A stretch of 64,000 nucleotides of DNA from Eledone cirrhosa (GCA_964016885.1 OZ024751.1:33046001-33110000); one strand, 5' to 3'. Counted from the first letter of the stretch, positions 27,961-43,034 are shown. Program-made: numbers and translations. Notes: generated by a model not told the origin, from the sequence alone.

Positions 27961-29221
27961 TTTTGATTGTGCCTGTAATTTAAAGTTGTAACTTTGTCAG
28001 ATTCTCTAATGCTGATATAGCCAAGGATTTGACATTGAGGGTACACGTGTCTGTGGAATACGAAAAACACTCATACGTTAACGTTTCAGACAGAAGAATT
28101 CAGTTGGCTGAACAACTAAATACTCCAATCCAAAGCCGAAGTAACATCTAGCTTTCTTTCAACTTTCATGACATCATATTCTAAATAAATATTCATCACA
28201 CACGAAATTGAAAAAAAGAATGTATTTTCGTCAAGATGAGTTTGTGGAGATGTTTCAAATTCCCACCAACTGCGATTATTCTCCAGGGAAGAACCCGGCT
28301 GTCGCTTACCTAAAATATATAGTCTTTGCAGAGTCGAAAAAAAATTAATATTCTGGGAGAGCATGAAGCAAATTAAATTTTATTTAATCCATGTCCTCTT
28401 AATTCAGATTGTCGCAAATAATTGTCTTCGCGTGAGAGGGTTGCTTGGCAGAGAGAGGGGTGGTGGGGAATTATTTGCAACTTATTTAGCTGGGAGGAAA
28501 CTTCATTAAAATTATTTTAGTGCCTCAATAGTCAACGAGGGAGCACCTCGGGCTAAGTCAAGAGTTTCCGTATGTTTGTTAGAAATAGAATTTAAATTTC
28601 CTGTTAGAAATAGTATCGAGATATTCCCCAAAACACACTCCTCCGCCTTAAATATAGAGAGTAGTGTATGATTTTAATGTCATCTGTTTTAAATATATGT
28701 TGAACGTTTACTATTGGTGCAATAAACGTATTTCAATCAACACTACGTATTTGAATTAAACTGAATTAAATTCACTGGCCAGTTGTAAATTTGAGAGATT
28801 TATTCTGTAGAATATTCTTTTGGCAATGTAATCCTGGATTCAGGCAGAATGGCGGATAGTTACGGCTTGAATGTATTTGATGATAAATATATTTGATCAG
28901 GTCTTAAGCTGAAACTAAACAACATTGACGACGACCTTATCGAAGATTGCAAGAGTTGATTTCATGAACCTTGAGCTCAATCACATCCTCCAATTCGGTC
29001 TCAACACACACGCACACAAACGAACATGCACACACTCAAACGAAATAATCTACTTATATCAAAGAAACATTATTAGAGTAGAGCTCCTGTAGGTCGTCCC
29101 CCAACAAAAGTTCTTAAGATCCTCACACATTACAGTCGTCATACGGATGATAACAACTACAACCAACACAAGTAAAAACACCCCAACTTTCTACGACAAT
29201 ATTGTTATGTATTAAAATAAT

Positions 29222-29352
29222 TGTTTCTACTTTTGGCACAAGGCCAGCAATTACCCAGTACATTACTGGTACTTTATTTTATCGACCCCGTAAGGATGAA
29301 AGGAAAAGTTAACCTCGGCGGGATTTGAACTCAGACCGCAAAGGGACGTAAC
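29222..29352 (-). mobile_element. 5'-truncated young SINE family A copy with perfect 16-bp TSD
   Basis: TATGTATTAAAATAAT at 29206-29221 and 29353-29368; body near-identical to the 3172 copy. Confidence 0.9.
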
Positions 29353-29635
29353 TATGTATTAAAATAATGACGGAATGGTCACGGTTGAGACGCTTTTAAT
29401 GATAAATCTGCTGCATTAGAGACAACATACTGGTGAGGGTAAATAGAAAACGACAACAACAATAACAACAACAACTGTAATACTGTGATATGATGATATT
29501 GTGGTCACGACTGGCCGTAAAACCTGTGATTAAGACTAATACAAGACGTTGAGCTGAACCACCTCCTCCATGACAGCTACAGCATACCATATAAGGAGTG
29601 GAGTAGAATTAACACCACAACTAAAGCACACACAC

Positions 29636-30739
29636 CACCACCACCATTAACACCACCACCACTAACACCACCACCACTAACACCACCACCACTAACACTA
29701 CCACCACTAACACTACCACCACTAACACCACCACCACTAACACTACCACCACTAACACTACCACCACTAACACCACCACCACTAACACTACCACCACTAA
29801 CACTACCACCACTAACACCACCACCACTAACACCACCACCATTAACACCACCACCACTAACACCACCACCACTAACACTACCACCACTAACACTACCACC
29901 ACTAACACCACCACCACTAACACCACCACCATTAACACTAACACCACTAACACCACTACCACTAACACCACCACTAACACTACCACCACTAACACTACCA
30001 CCACTAACACTACCACCACTAACACCACCACCACTAACACCACCACCACTAACACCACCACCACTAACACTACCACCACTAACACTACCACCACTAACAC
30101 TACCACCACTAACACTACCACCACTAACACCACCACCACTAACACCACCACCACTAACACTACCACCACTAACACCACCACCACTAACACCACCACCACT
30201 AACACCACCACCACTAACACTACCACCACTAACACCACCACCACTAACACCACCACCACTAACACTACCACCACTAACACTACCACCACTAACACCACCA
30301 CCACTAACACTACCACCACTAACACTACCACCACTAACACCACCACCACTAACACCACCACCACTAACACTACCACCACTAACACTACCACCACTAACAC
30401 TACCACCACTAACACCACCACCACTAACACCACCACCACTAACACTACCACCACTAACACCACCACCACTAACACCACCACCACTAACACTACCACCACT
30501 AACACTACCACCACTAACACCACCACCACTAACACCACCACCACTAACACTACCACCACTAACACTACCACCACTAACACTACCACCACTAACACCACCA
30601 CCACTAACACCACCACCACTAACACTACCACCACTAACACTACCACCACTAACACCACCACCACTAACACCACCACCACTAACACCACCACCACTAACAC
30701 TACCACCACTAACACTACCACCACTAACACTACCACCAC
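29636..30739. repeat. 1.1-kb 15-bp minisatellite ACCACTAACAC(C/T)ACC, roughly 73 copies
   Basis: Directly visible; gives the artefactual (VVVVL)n ORF. Confidence 0.97.
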
Positions 30740-31882
30740 ATTAACACGTTTGGAATAAATGTTTATAAAAGTTTAGTAAAGAGGAAAGTTATTATTCCAG
30801 ACATTTAAGTAAAAATTATTGAAAAGTTTGATGATGGTAGAAAGTAAACTGGGAAGAATACTATGGTTTAGTAAGTGAACCATTCGAATATTCCGTGTAA
30901 TATAATTGGGGATCATCTTATGGCGTCTATATTATTAAGTGTACAGTGTATAAAGAATCAACCGTCAACGATGTTTGAGATGGAAGATCTGTTAAAACTG
31001 TGATGAAAAGATTGTTATCGCAAGTGAATTCCAATTGACGAAAGGAATATGATTAAAGCTATTGGCTATTTTTTCTCAACAGAGAGAAAGCAACTTATCA
31101 GGTGATGATGGTAACAATCTCTGATAAAGGTTAGTTAGAAAATTTCAGAACTCAAAGTGGAATAAAAAAACAAATCTAAAAATACCAAATCTATAATTGA
31201 GATGAAGTTGCCGTTGTTAAATATCTTGCTGGATTAAATAATATAATTATGATGGTTGTCGGATTTTGAATGTGAAATAAACTAGGTGTGTGCGAAAATA
31301 ATTTCAGCAAGAAAATTCTTTCACTGAACTGAAATATTGCAACCTGGTTACAAAGTATGAAACAAATCTGTTAAACCTTTTACTTTAAAACAATGAGGAG
31401 TATAACTTCCCATTAAAACCAGAGGAATATCTTCATATGTGTGTGTGTGTGAGTATGTGTCTGTGTGTGTATGTATTCTGTCCTATTAAATGTTGTCGTT
31501 CCGGTTGCCCAACTCAGAGGTCTGGGATGAGGTTAGGGTCCGGGGTTTCGGTGATAGGGATGGCTGAACAAACGACCAACGTTCTTTTCTATTTATTTTC
31601 CTTAATCTTTACTTGTTCTGGACCCTTTAACGTTTGCGATAAGTCCAGGGTTCTTGGTTCTTCTTTCTTTCCTTCTTTTTTCTTCATTTATTTCGATTTC
31701 TTTCTTTATCTTTTTTAAAAAAAACCTCCCCTCTCCGCTTGCCAGATAGCAAGTTAATGGCGTATGTATGATATTCCAGCAAATTTAATTTCATGAAATA
31801 ATTTTGCAAATCTCCATTTACTTGTTTTTGATCGTAATTGTGTATTTTTATTCGTTTCTACACACACACACACACACATGCG

Positions 31883-31936
<54 letters not shown>

Positions 31937-32522
31937 ATATATATATATATAATATATATATATAATATATATATATAATGTATATATAATTCAGGTTTAA
32001 ATATGTGCTTAATTTTAATATTACTTTTGGATGTTACATTTATGTAATATTTCTCCTTTTGATGATTTCATTTAATTCAATAATAGATTGAGTATTTTCA
32101 CATTGTATGGTTTGGCTTTTCAGGTAGATATTTCCCGGTACACGGCATCCTGCCATTAGATTAAATGATTTTCAGGCTCACATTGTCACGGTGATTCCTT
32201 TAAGGGAGTTTATATATTTCAAGGACGTAAGGGGATCGGAGAGCAAAACATATTGCATAATGGAGTTGCAGTCACTGCAGATAATAGTAAGGTTATTATA
32301 CAGAAACTACGTAATGTGACAGGTGTGGATTGATAACGTCTGTTTTACATATTCAATGGCTGGTACAGACCATGGCTGGCTTGCGGGATTGAAGGAGGTG
32401 AATCGGGGAATGGTGTAGCGGGAGATATGAGGTTTGGAGTGCAGGTCAGCGGTCGGAATAGGATATTTTATGAGTACACCGATTACGACAATCAATTATT
32501 TTATTTGCATACACACACCATG

Positions 32523-32620
<98 letters not shown>

Positions 32621-32789
32621 GATACAACATACCTATACATACATGCACACATACATATATATATATATATATTTATATACCATACAAAAATGTATAAATA
32701 CAAAGAGATAGATAGATAATTATATTCATAAGTAGAAATGTAGATCGCAATAGATAAAAAGAAAGATATATATATACATATGTACACAT

Positions 32790-32820
<31 letters not shown>

Positions 32821-32845
32821 CATACATATATATATACATACATAC

Positions 32846-32876
<31 letters not shown>

Positions 32877-32973
32877 AACACATATATACATACACACATA
32901 TATACATACACACATATATATATACATACATACACACATATATACATACACACATATATATATATATATATAT

Positions 32974-33122
32974 ATGGTGGCTGCCAACTCGTTTTCGAGT
33001 ACGGCCACTACTTTATATCCATGTAGGATAACCCCTACCGATGCGCTGAACGAGTCTGACTTTTTAGTCCAGCCGGCGACTTGAAAACTCTGGTACAAAC
33101 ACAACACCTGTGACAATTATTG
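32974..33122 (-). mobile_element. 3' end of the same RTE family as 24133-24282, 5'-truncated
   Basis: Reverse complement aligns with 24133-24282 (CAATAATTG...CGAGTTGGCAGCCACCAT); inserted in a TA/CA microsatellite. Confidence 0.85.
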
Positions 33123-34039
33123 ATACATACATACACACATATATACATACACATATATATATATATACATACATAGAGTTATCGAGGTAGGAACGAGAAG
33201 AGAAAGTACAACATTTTGTGTCTGAGAATGAGGTAAAAGGGGAGAGAATGCATTAGGGAAAGTAAAAGAGAATGAGAGACTGTATATATATATATTAGAG
33301 AGAGGGAAATGAGAGACTGTATGTATATCAGAGAAGGGAAAATGAGAGACACTATGTATATTAGAGAGAGGGAAAAGGCGATACTCTATGTTTGTTGGAG
33401 AGAGGGAAATGAGAGAATGGGCGACGGAAAATAAATAATTCTAGTATATATTGTTATTAGAATACTCATATTTTTCTTTCTACCTAATTTTCGAATCCTT
33501 GTTAAGCCGTCAGCTATGAATGGTAAATAAATTGAAACGCTTCCTTATCGCAGGTAGGTAACATAACTCTCACAATCCACATAGGATGTGAATATTTAAA
33601 AGAATGATTAAGTCGAAGTGGAAAGGGCAACAGATTAGATTTCTTCAGCAAAGATAAAGCGAGTTTCGTTGAAAGCATCGAAAAAAAAAAACGCAAAACA
33701 ACATATAATAATAATACAAATAATAACAACAACAACAACAGCAACAACCATGATGATAATAATAATAGTAACAATATAATGTCAACAACAACAACGATAA
33801 TAAACGAAGCGAAAATTAGGATGGAGAAATAGGAGATTAAATAGTATAAGTTTAGTAACTTAAAACTGCACCAGGAAGGGGAAATAAGGCCAAAGTTTTG
33901 CTGGGATTAAAACTGATATAATCAGAATAAAAGGTTGAGTGAAGAAATACCAGAGTTTAGTGTTTTGTGTGTTTTGTGGAGTGTTTAGTAAAGAGAGCGT
34001 TCATTGATCCGGAGTTACTTTCCTAATGAACTCATAGAT

Positions 34040-34187
34040 ATGTATCTATGTATATATGTATATATGGTTATATGTATGTAATTATATGTATGTATTTATG
34101 TTTGTATGTATGTATGTATATATGTGTGCATATATGTATGTACATGTATATATATACATATATATATCCATATATATATATATATAT

Positions 34188-34280
<93 letters not shown>

Positions 34281-34375
34281 TATATAATGTATATATAAAT
34301 ACATATATGTAAATATACATATATACATACATAAATATATATATGTGTGTGTGTATATATGTATATATATATACA
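34040..34375. repeat. (TA)n/(TATG)n microsatellite block
   Basis: Directly visible. Confidence 0.95.
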
Positions 34376-34883
34376 TTCTAATAAGCAATTATCAGGTCTA
34401 GAGGAGGAAATGCCAGTTTGGAGTTGACATCTTTGAAAGTAACCATAACATAGAAGTTAAGAGAAGGTGACGTCGTCTGTAGGAAGTGGTCAAGAACGAT
34501 AACTCTTGGATCCACCTGTTCCCATCTTCCCACCTCCTTCGTGTCAGGCTTCTATTTAAGATAAACTTATGCAGACATCTTAGAACAGATATAATTTCAA
34601 TGAAATAAAAGCTTCGACACCATATGTATATATATATATTATATACAGAGAGAGATAGAGTGAGAGAGAAAGGAGAGATAGAGAGTCAGTTTGAGATGAG
34701 AAACAGAGCCTGTGTGTGTGTGTGTACAAGTATAGAAGAATAAGTTTAATATCGAGACGGATGTGTGCATAATGACGTGAATTATAGTGTTGTTAGAGTG
34801 TGACTATATAGAGAAAGATGAAAAAGAATCTAGCGTAGATTTAGCGAGAGAGAGAGAGAGAGATGACATAGGGAGAGAGGAGA

Positions 34884-34942
<59 letters not shown>

Positions 34943-35024
34943 ATAGGAATGTAATAAGACAAGAAAATTTTAAAATTACGCCTCGTGTTCTGCCAAACAT
35001 CCAATATATAGTATTTTTGCACAG

Positions 35025-35207
35025 TCATTTCCGGTCGGCATCGGTTTCGTTTATTCCGTTCACTTCCTGTCGGTTTCGTACTAATATTTCATATTGGATC
35101 GTCTGCACCAAGCAATTTTACAACATCCTTTCTCTATTTTTCTGCCTCATTTATTATATTTGTTTATTATATATATTCGCCATTGTTGGCGAAGGATTCG
35201 GGTAAAA
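35025..35207 (+). promoter_or_regulatory. Candidate core promoter or non-coding first exon
   Basis: Locally CpG-rich. Has an Inr-like CAGTC, ETS-like TTTCCGG and ACTTCCTG, a possible donor CGG|GTAAAA near 35201 and an upstream CRE-like ATGACGTG near 34772. Motif evidence only. Confidence 0.3.
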
Positions 35208-35253
35208 ATTGTTCTTGGTGTGGGGAAAGAATTAACTTTGAATTATGGCTAGT

Positions 35254-35297
<44 letters not shown>

Positions 35298-37413
35298 GTG
35301 TATTTGTGTGTGTGAGTATGTGTGAGTGTGTGCGTGCGCGTTTGTGAGTGTATGTGTGAGTTTGTATGTTTGTGTGTGTGTGTGTATGTGTGTGTGTGTG
35401 TGTGGATGTGTGTGTAAGTGTGTGTGTGTAAGAGAGAGAGAGAGAGTGTGTGTGTATCTGCATTATTTGCTTTATTCAGTTTAATAGTTATTTAAGAAAC
35501 AAAATTGTAAAAGAAAGTTAAAAGCAATAAATAAACATAGGCAATAGAAAAATATTTCTCTGACATATTTCCAATTATTTACAAAATCTATTAAATATTT
35601 ACGATAATTTAAATTTATGTAAAACACAAAATAAATATCAAGAGAAAATTATAACAGTATAAAAGTTTTTGTTTTATAATATATATTTATTATTTATATT
35701 GTTCTTCTATAATTTCATTTTGTTTTTGTTCATTATGTGAACATGATGAAATTCATCACATTTATATACTTGTAACAAATATTAGGAAAATATTGAGATA
35801 AAACAAAAATCTATGAAAATTCAATTCAGCTATTATTAGTTTCTCTCTGACAAGGCATGAAACCCTATATTCAAAAGGAAGGAAGCAGAAAATGTGGCGA
35901 TGCAGCCTTTCCTAAGGATATTAAACGTGTAAATAAGTAAAATATAATTGCTTTAATCGCAGATAGAAAATTTGTTGTTGTCTCAGCTTTCTATGAAAAT
36001 ACTTCTCAATCTAGTATGGTGTTTATAATTCTTCTACTATTATTGATATTAACTTGTTTCAATTGTTGTACTACGGCCATACTGGGGTCAGGGGGTTTGA
36101 GGAATTGTATGAGAACCTTACCCAGTATTTTGTCTATAGTATTTGTTCTAGTTGGAATGAATTGGAATCTCTATTGCTTATATCTGATACTAGATTCCTA
36201 ATCACTGTAGTGATTAATGTCGTTCTCGTGGATACATAATCTTTCCATTTTGGTTACCTGTTAGAATATTGCCTAGCTGTCTTAAGGTCTACTATAATAC
36301 CTAATTATCTTTGAACAGAGTAGAATGAGATTTGATAGTAATTTGGTTAATATATGTAGCAGGCCAAACGACTGTGTACCGGTTACCTCGTTCTTTCGGC
36401 AATTAGTGTTTTCCTCTCCATGACTCTCTGTGAGTTAAAGCTTAAACCCAGTTTAAATATATTTAACTAAGAAAGACATCTGCTTTCCTTATATCAGAAT
36501 GTCTACGTCTTATTTCTCTTAATGCACATCCTTTTGTTTCATTAAAATTTAAGATTATGTTGGGTAATAATTCTAGACATATAAAACATGTATGGAGATG
36601 TGGAATGGTCTCTGCTTGGTTATCTTTGAAGTCTACTGAGCCAAGGACAGCCTGGTGACTAAACAACAACTGCGGCACAAACAACATCAGTAAAACCTAC
36701 TCTTTGCTTCTTCTAATATATATGATTTAGTGTCTAGGAAAAAAAAAATTATTTCTCTTTCTCTTTAGAAAATATCAGATATACGCAATGTAATTTCATA
36801 ACTGTTAACTGAATATCGATTATATTGTTATACTATTGTTATTGTTATAACTACAATTTGCTCAATTATTTCTTAATTGTAAAATATCATTTCTAAATTA
36901 GTTATGTGATAAATCATATTTTTTATATGACACTTAGAAAACATTTCTAAAAATTATTATTAAATTTGTTACCATATATAGTTCTTGATGAATATAATTT
37001 ACAATACTAACGAACCTAGGAGGAAGATTATTATTGGTCACAAGACATAGTAAAACCACATCCAAATATTTCACAAACAGGATCAGGGCCCATGTATTGA
37101 GCCCATTGTGTAAAGTTTAAAATGTGGGTTTCGTTCAGAAAATTCAGCACAATCGGACAACCCCACCGAATGCTTCCCACTCTGGCTTTAAACACATTCA
37201 TAGCGAGACTCTGTTTTTATTTATACCATTATTATACACCACACTATGTCAGTGGTGCTGCTACTTAATCCTAGCCAGTCCCATCCACAGCATATTGAGC
37301 GAGTTAACGAATTTTGAAAATTCATAGTATACAAAAGTGCGGCGATGCTGTTAACATAAAGATAGCTTTAATTTCAAAAATCGTGACTCGATAAAAGGGT
37401 CTCTCTCTGTCTC

Positions 37414-37444
<31 letters not shown>

Positions 37445-37510
37445 CTATCTCTCTCTATCTCTCTCTTCCTCTCTCTCTCTCTCTTCGTATATATAAATAT
37501 ATTTGCGTAT

Positions 37511-37606
<96 letters not shown>

Positions 37607-38344
37607 ATATATATAAAACCTTTCTGCTTGGGCTATTTTTTGTATAAGATTTTATTGAGGGATATGAGAAACACAAGGAAAGAGAGAGGGAGAATGGGGG
37701 GAAAGAACGAGGAAGGAGGGGGGACATTTCGAGCTATGTGTAGAGAAAAAGAAAGTGTGAATAATAAAAGCTGTGTAAGAATGAATATATATATATATAT
37801 ATAAAGAGAGAGACAGAGAGAGAGAGAGAGAGGGGGGGGGGGGGCAGACAAAGATAGAGAGGGGAGAAGAAAGAGAGATAAAAGAGGAAAATAAGGAGAA
37901 GAGTGGGTTATTCAGCCATATCACAGCTGAGGATTGACTCTAATCATATTTAAAATTGTGATAATGGAATTCTTTGATCCGGCACTATCTCGCATATCTT
38001 GGGCTTATGTCCAAATATCCTTCAAAGAGAAACGAAATTTGCATATACCGAATCGAGGAATCCCGTGTTTAATAATATTATATTGCACGTACTGCTATGG
38101 GGAAGGGAGATATATACATATATAGATGATGTATTTAGGGGTCTGAACGTGTTCAACAACATTTAGTCGTTTTAAAACGAATTGAGAAGACATTTCCTAG
38201 AATGCATAAGCAAAATATATTTTACATAGTGGAATGGGGCCCAGCATTGTCACAGCCAACTGGTTGTAACCGAGGAAACATCGATGCATACATATAGTGG
38301 ATTTATGTAAGAGCTAAATGCTGAGCATTGCAAATAGGAAGCTT

Positions 38345-38650
38345 TAGTAGGGTCGGACGCCATGCTTTGACGCATAGAGTTACGGCCCTTGCCATTCTGA
38401 GTTCAAAGCCCGCCGAGGTTAACTTTATCTTTAATCCTTACGGGGTCGACAAAATAAAGTACCAGTAATACACTGGTAAATTGCTGGCCTTGTGCCAAAA
38501 GTAGAAATAATTGGCAGAGTCGTTAGAACGCCGGGTGGAATCGTTTGGGATATTTGTGTTAGCTTTCTGCTCTCTGGGTTCAAATCCTGTCGAGATCAAC
38601 TTTGCCTGTCATCCTTTCAAGGTCGATAAAAATGTACCAGTCTAGTACTG
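38345..38650 (+). mobile_element. Tandem SINE family A pair: young copy (38345-38512) abutting an older copy (38512-38650)
   Basis: First copy is the reverse complement of most of the 3172 copy. Second has A-box TGGCAGAGTCGTTAG, B-box GGGTTCAAATCC and the central domain. Confidence 0.85.
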
Positions 38651-38681
38651 TGAATGATTCTTCCTCTTTATCTCTTTCTCA

Positions 38682-38776
<95 letters not shown>

Positions 38777-39019
38777 TTTCTATCCTTCCGTGTGTAGGCC
38801 TAGGAAGAGCATGTCTGCTACTTCTTCCTCCAAACCTACCACGTAAGAACATGATAAATGTAACTTGAACATAACATCTTTTGTGTGCGTATTGAATGGT
38901 TAAAATGAGTCCACTGTGATATACTTGCTGCATTAGTTTCAACTCTTGGTCTCAGGTGAAGTCACTTGTCAGAGAAATATTACTCTGAAATGTTTAATAA
39001 TGTTGTCGTTGCTGTTACT

Positions 39020-39235
39020 GTTGAGTTGCAAACCAGCCCTGATCTAGGAAAACTATGATCAAAGGTATTCAATCAGGGATCAATCTATTTCTATTTAAGA
39101 AATACTATAATGTCCAACACTACACTTTTCCGAATACAAAGCTATACTTCTCTAGTATGGTATGATCTAGAGGAGACTTGGTTGCTATTTCCAGCAGGTC
39201 AAGCGACTATGTATATGTTTGCTCATTGGCTTGAT
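39020..39235 (-). repeat. Dispersed repeat family B copy
   Basis: CTATGATCAAAGGTATTC and TTGGTTGCTATTTC are reverse complements of the 7175-7385 motifs. Confidence 0.55.
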
Positions 39236-40143
39236 TGACAAGAGAAGTGCAGTGTGGGTATATAAATATACAATGAAAAAGACCAAAACAATAAAAATTT
39301 ACATTTGCTACGGTAAAACATGAAGGTCTATAACCACATGTCATTTGTTTTATTTCATGACTCTCCTATCGTCTTTCATTCTCCTAAAATACTTAAGAAA
39401 ATGATAGCTCAAAATACAAATAAATACATAAATAAAACGTCGTATTACAAAGAGAAATGCATAAATAAACCTTTTAAAAACAAAATGATGTAATCAATAT
39501 GGTAGAATCGCTAGAATTGTATCTATATATTGTTTTTGTTTTCGATAACTTGCAATTCATATGGGTATTCGTGTTTCATTTTGTAGGAATCAACTGCTGC
39601 CACCACCGCAAATAAATTCTGCTATCCTCTGTTGAATCTATGAGCGATAGTTCTTTGGTCAATATGGTTCGCTAAGAAACGTAGTAATGTCGCCATCTTT
39701 AAAGATCTTTTTGCGAATTCTGATTAGAACGTCAATCAGGAAAGCCGGACATATCTGGGGGAAAGCAATTTCAAACGCCACATCTGATATGATTGGCGTT
39801 ATGATGGCTCATTAATGACTGCAAATCCTACGTATCTCCTAAATGACAAATGTAGCTGAGCATCCATTTTATTCTTCATTTGATTTGTAACTTTCTTTCT
39901 TTATTTTTACGTCTCCCATTGATTTGCCCCTCTTCAAAAGAATGGCGGCAACGTGCTTACAAGGTATTGGTAAAGCGGAGATTTTATCATAGATGTCATT
40001 TACTAGAATGTCATTGAAGATTTTCTGGCAAACGTCTTTTATGATTGCTATTATTTCCTAAGTTTAGTTAGGTTCAAAATTTATATTGAAACAGGAATAG
40101 AGTGAGAGAAAGAGAGGGAGTGAGAGAGAGAGAAAGAACGAGA

Positions 40144-40288
40144 GAAGAAGAAGAAGAAGAAGAAGAAGAAGAAGAAGAAGAAGAAGAAGAAGAAGAAGAA
40201 GAAGAAGAAGAAGAAGAAGAAGAAGAAGAAGAAGAAGAAGAAGAAGAAGAAGAAGAAGAAGAAGAAGAAGAAGAAGAAGAAGAAGAAG
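40144..40288. repeat. Pure (GAA)n tract, about 48 units
   Basis: Directly visible. Confidence 0.98.
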
Positions 40289-40969
40289 CTTTTCCGGAAT
40301 TGATTGATAGGAATATTGTATTTATTGTTATCTACACTGTAAGGAAATAATCATATGTGAGAGTAGTATGAAAGGCATAAAGAACAGACAGTTCGAACAA
40401 GAGGAAAGAAAGGAAAAAGACTAAGCACATATTGTAAAGCTTAAAATTCTTCAGTTATTTGTCTTTGATGACAGTATTTCTATGGAGAAGCAGAGTGTCT
40501 ATTCTATAATGATTTCGATTTTATGGTCCATAAACTACATTGAAGTTACTGTAAATTTTGTTTGCTTCTTTATTGCTGAAACCCAACTGAACTATTTGTA
40601 GAGAGTTGTTCATTATATGTCAGGATTGTAAAAATGTCACTTTGGGGAATTAATTCGTTCCGTTCTTTATCGAGGAAACTTCATTTCCTGGTTTTGGAAT
40701 AGCAACCTTTAGAAGTCATATATGATGGTGAGGCAACTATAGTTATTTCATTGAAAGCATATCACGAAAGTATAGTTGTTTAGATTCAAAATTAAGATGC
40801 ATTCTATATCAGAAGACATGAAAAAAACTAAAAATGTCTCCGTAGGTAAACTAATCGTGCTGTACCACTTGTTAAGTATATAAAGGACATCAGTTTTAAA
40901 CAGAGATAGAAAGATACACTTGACGACATAGTAACATATTTTATATATCCCACCTCGGTTCTCTCTCTC

Positions 40970-41089
<120 letters not shown>

Positions 41090-41125
41090 TATATATATAT
41101 ATTTGTAAATATATATATATATATT

Positions 41126-41184
<59 letters not shown>

Positions 41185-41195
41185 ATATATATATA

Positions 41196-41237
<42 letters not shown>

Positions 41238-41326
41238 ATATATATATATATATATATAAATATATATTTATATATATTTATATATATATATATGTGTGTA
41301 CTTATATATATATATATATTTATATA

Positions 41327-41680
41327 TACAATATTAAATAAATGGAAACTATATTTATAAAACCATATTTATTTCATTATATATATTTCAGGGATATCAT
41401 ATTAACAATATGCTATGCCTTCCTCAGACAAAATACAATATAAACAGTTTTATAGATAAATAGATTCGACATACCGTAACAACATCGACTTGTATTTGAA
41501 AAGGTTGATTTGGTATGATATCCCTGAAATATATATAATGAAATAAATATGGTTTTATAAATATAGTTTCCATTTATTTAACATTGTAAATATACTCCAA
41601 ATATTTGTCGAGTGCTTTTATATCAGTTATAAATATTTACTAGTTGTAACCCAACAATTTAAATATAACTTTCCATATAT
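41327..41680. mobile_element. 75-bp inverted repeat pair (41327-41401 / 41514-41588), probable Penelope-like inverted terminus
   Basis: Arms are reverse complements with one mismatch. The spacer has CTGAGGAAGGC on the minus strand. The element is embedded in (TA)n. Confidence 0.6.
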
Positions 41681-41711
41681 TTATATATATATATTTATAG
41701 ATATATATATT

Positions 41712-41750
<39 letters not shown>

Positions 41751-41932
41751 ATTTATAGATATATATATTTATATATATATATAAAGTTAGTTCCACAACA
41801 TTTTAGCAAACCATTTTCGATGACACGTGATTCACCTAACGGACTGAGTGCTCTACCTACTACGGATATAAACTCCAAATGTTCTTCCCCTCTGTCTGTC
41901 TGTTTGTCTGTCTCTCTTTCACTCTCTCTTTC

Positions 41933-42023
<91 letters not shown>

Positions 42024-42039
42024 CCTTAATCGATTTTAT

Positions 42040-42167
42040 TTCTCATTCTTTCTTCTGATTAAGGACTAGCGTCCGAAACGCTAAGACCATCTTCCTGCTA
42101 TATCAAACGTTAACCTAACATACACCTTCCATATACTGTACCGATTGTGTTGTTATTTCTGTTTACC

Positions 42168-42172
<5 letters not shown>
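42040..42172 (+). mobile_element. Penelope-like terminal remnant with a mutated minimal hammerhead (42051-42086)
   Basis: TCTT-CTGATtA-A-GGAC-tagc-GTCC-GAAAC-GCT-AAGA; downstream AAACGTTAACCTAACATAC resembles the 54690-54830 element. Confidence 0.55.
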
Positions 42173-42263
<91 letters not shown>

Positions 42264-42436
42264 AGATCAAAAGATGGTTAAAAGAGTTCCAAGTGTTTTA
42301 TTATGAACATTTCAAAAACAAATATCATCATGAGATGATATCTGCGTTTTCATCAGATAAAATAGGGATACATGATATGTATCCCTATTGCATTGCTTTA
42401 TTGTGCTACAATAAAACTCGCCTCCTACATTATATA

Positions 42437-42524
<88 letters not shown>

Positions 42525-42912
42525 GAGGGTGAGAGAAAGCAATTTTTAGAATCTAACACAACTACTGATATCTACTGGTAAAAAATATTCCAAAAATTAT
42601 AAAAGAAAGTATAGTCGATCCTATCACCCCAATATTTGACTGGTATATATATAATATTGGATGTTGTTATTTCTGTCTAATATAAATAAAACGACATAAA
42701 ATGAGTTAAAATCTGCCGATAGAAATATATTTGTTGTGTTTTTGACACGTCTCATAATTAATCATCGAAGGAAATAGTTATAAGTATTTATACTAAAACA
42801 CAGTTAAAGTTTTAAATAATGTACGTACGAGTCAAAAGTCATCAACACTGAAATTTAGAGTGATATAAATATCCACCATATATATACATATATATATATA
42901 CACACACACACA

Positions 42913-42965
<53 letters not shown>

Positions 42966-43034
42966 TTGTGTATATATATATATATATATTATACATATAT
43001 ATACATATATGTATTAAATATACATATATACACA

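Noticed and set aside
29621-30739. 372-aa (VVVVL)n membrane protein, or a telomeric array
   Set aside because: Pure minisatellite translation; the unit is not TTAGGG or TTAGG.
39961-40057. Possible minus-strand coding exon EIIAIIKDVCQKIFNDILVNDIYDKISALPIP with GTAAGC donor
   Set aside because: Weak acceptor, phase 0 start incompatible with the phase-1 donor at 47700, and no recognisable homology.
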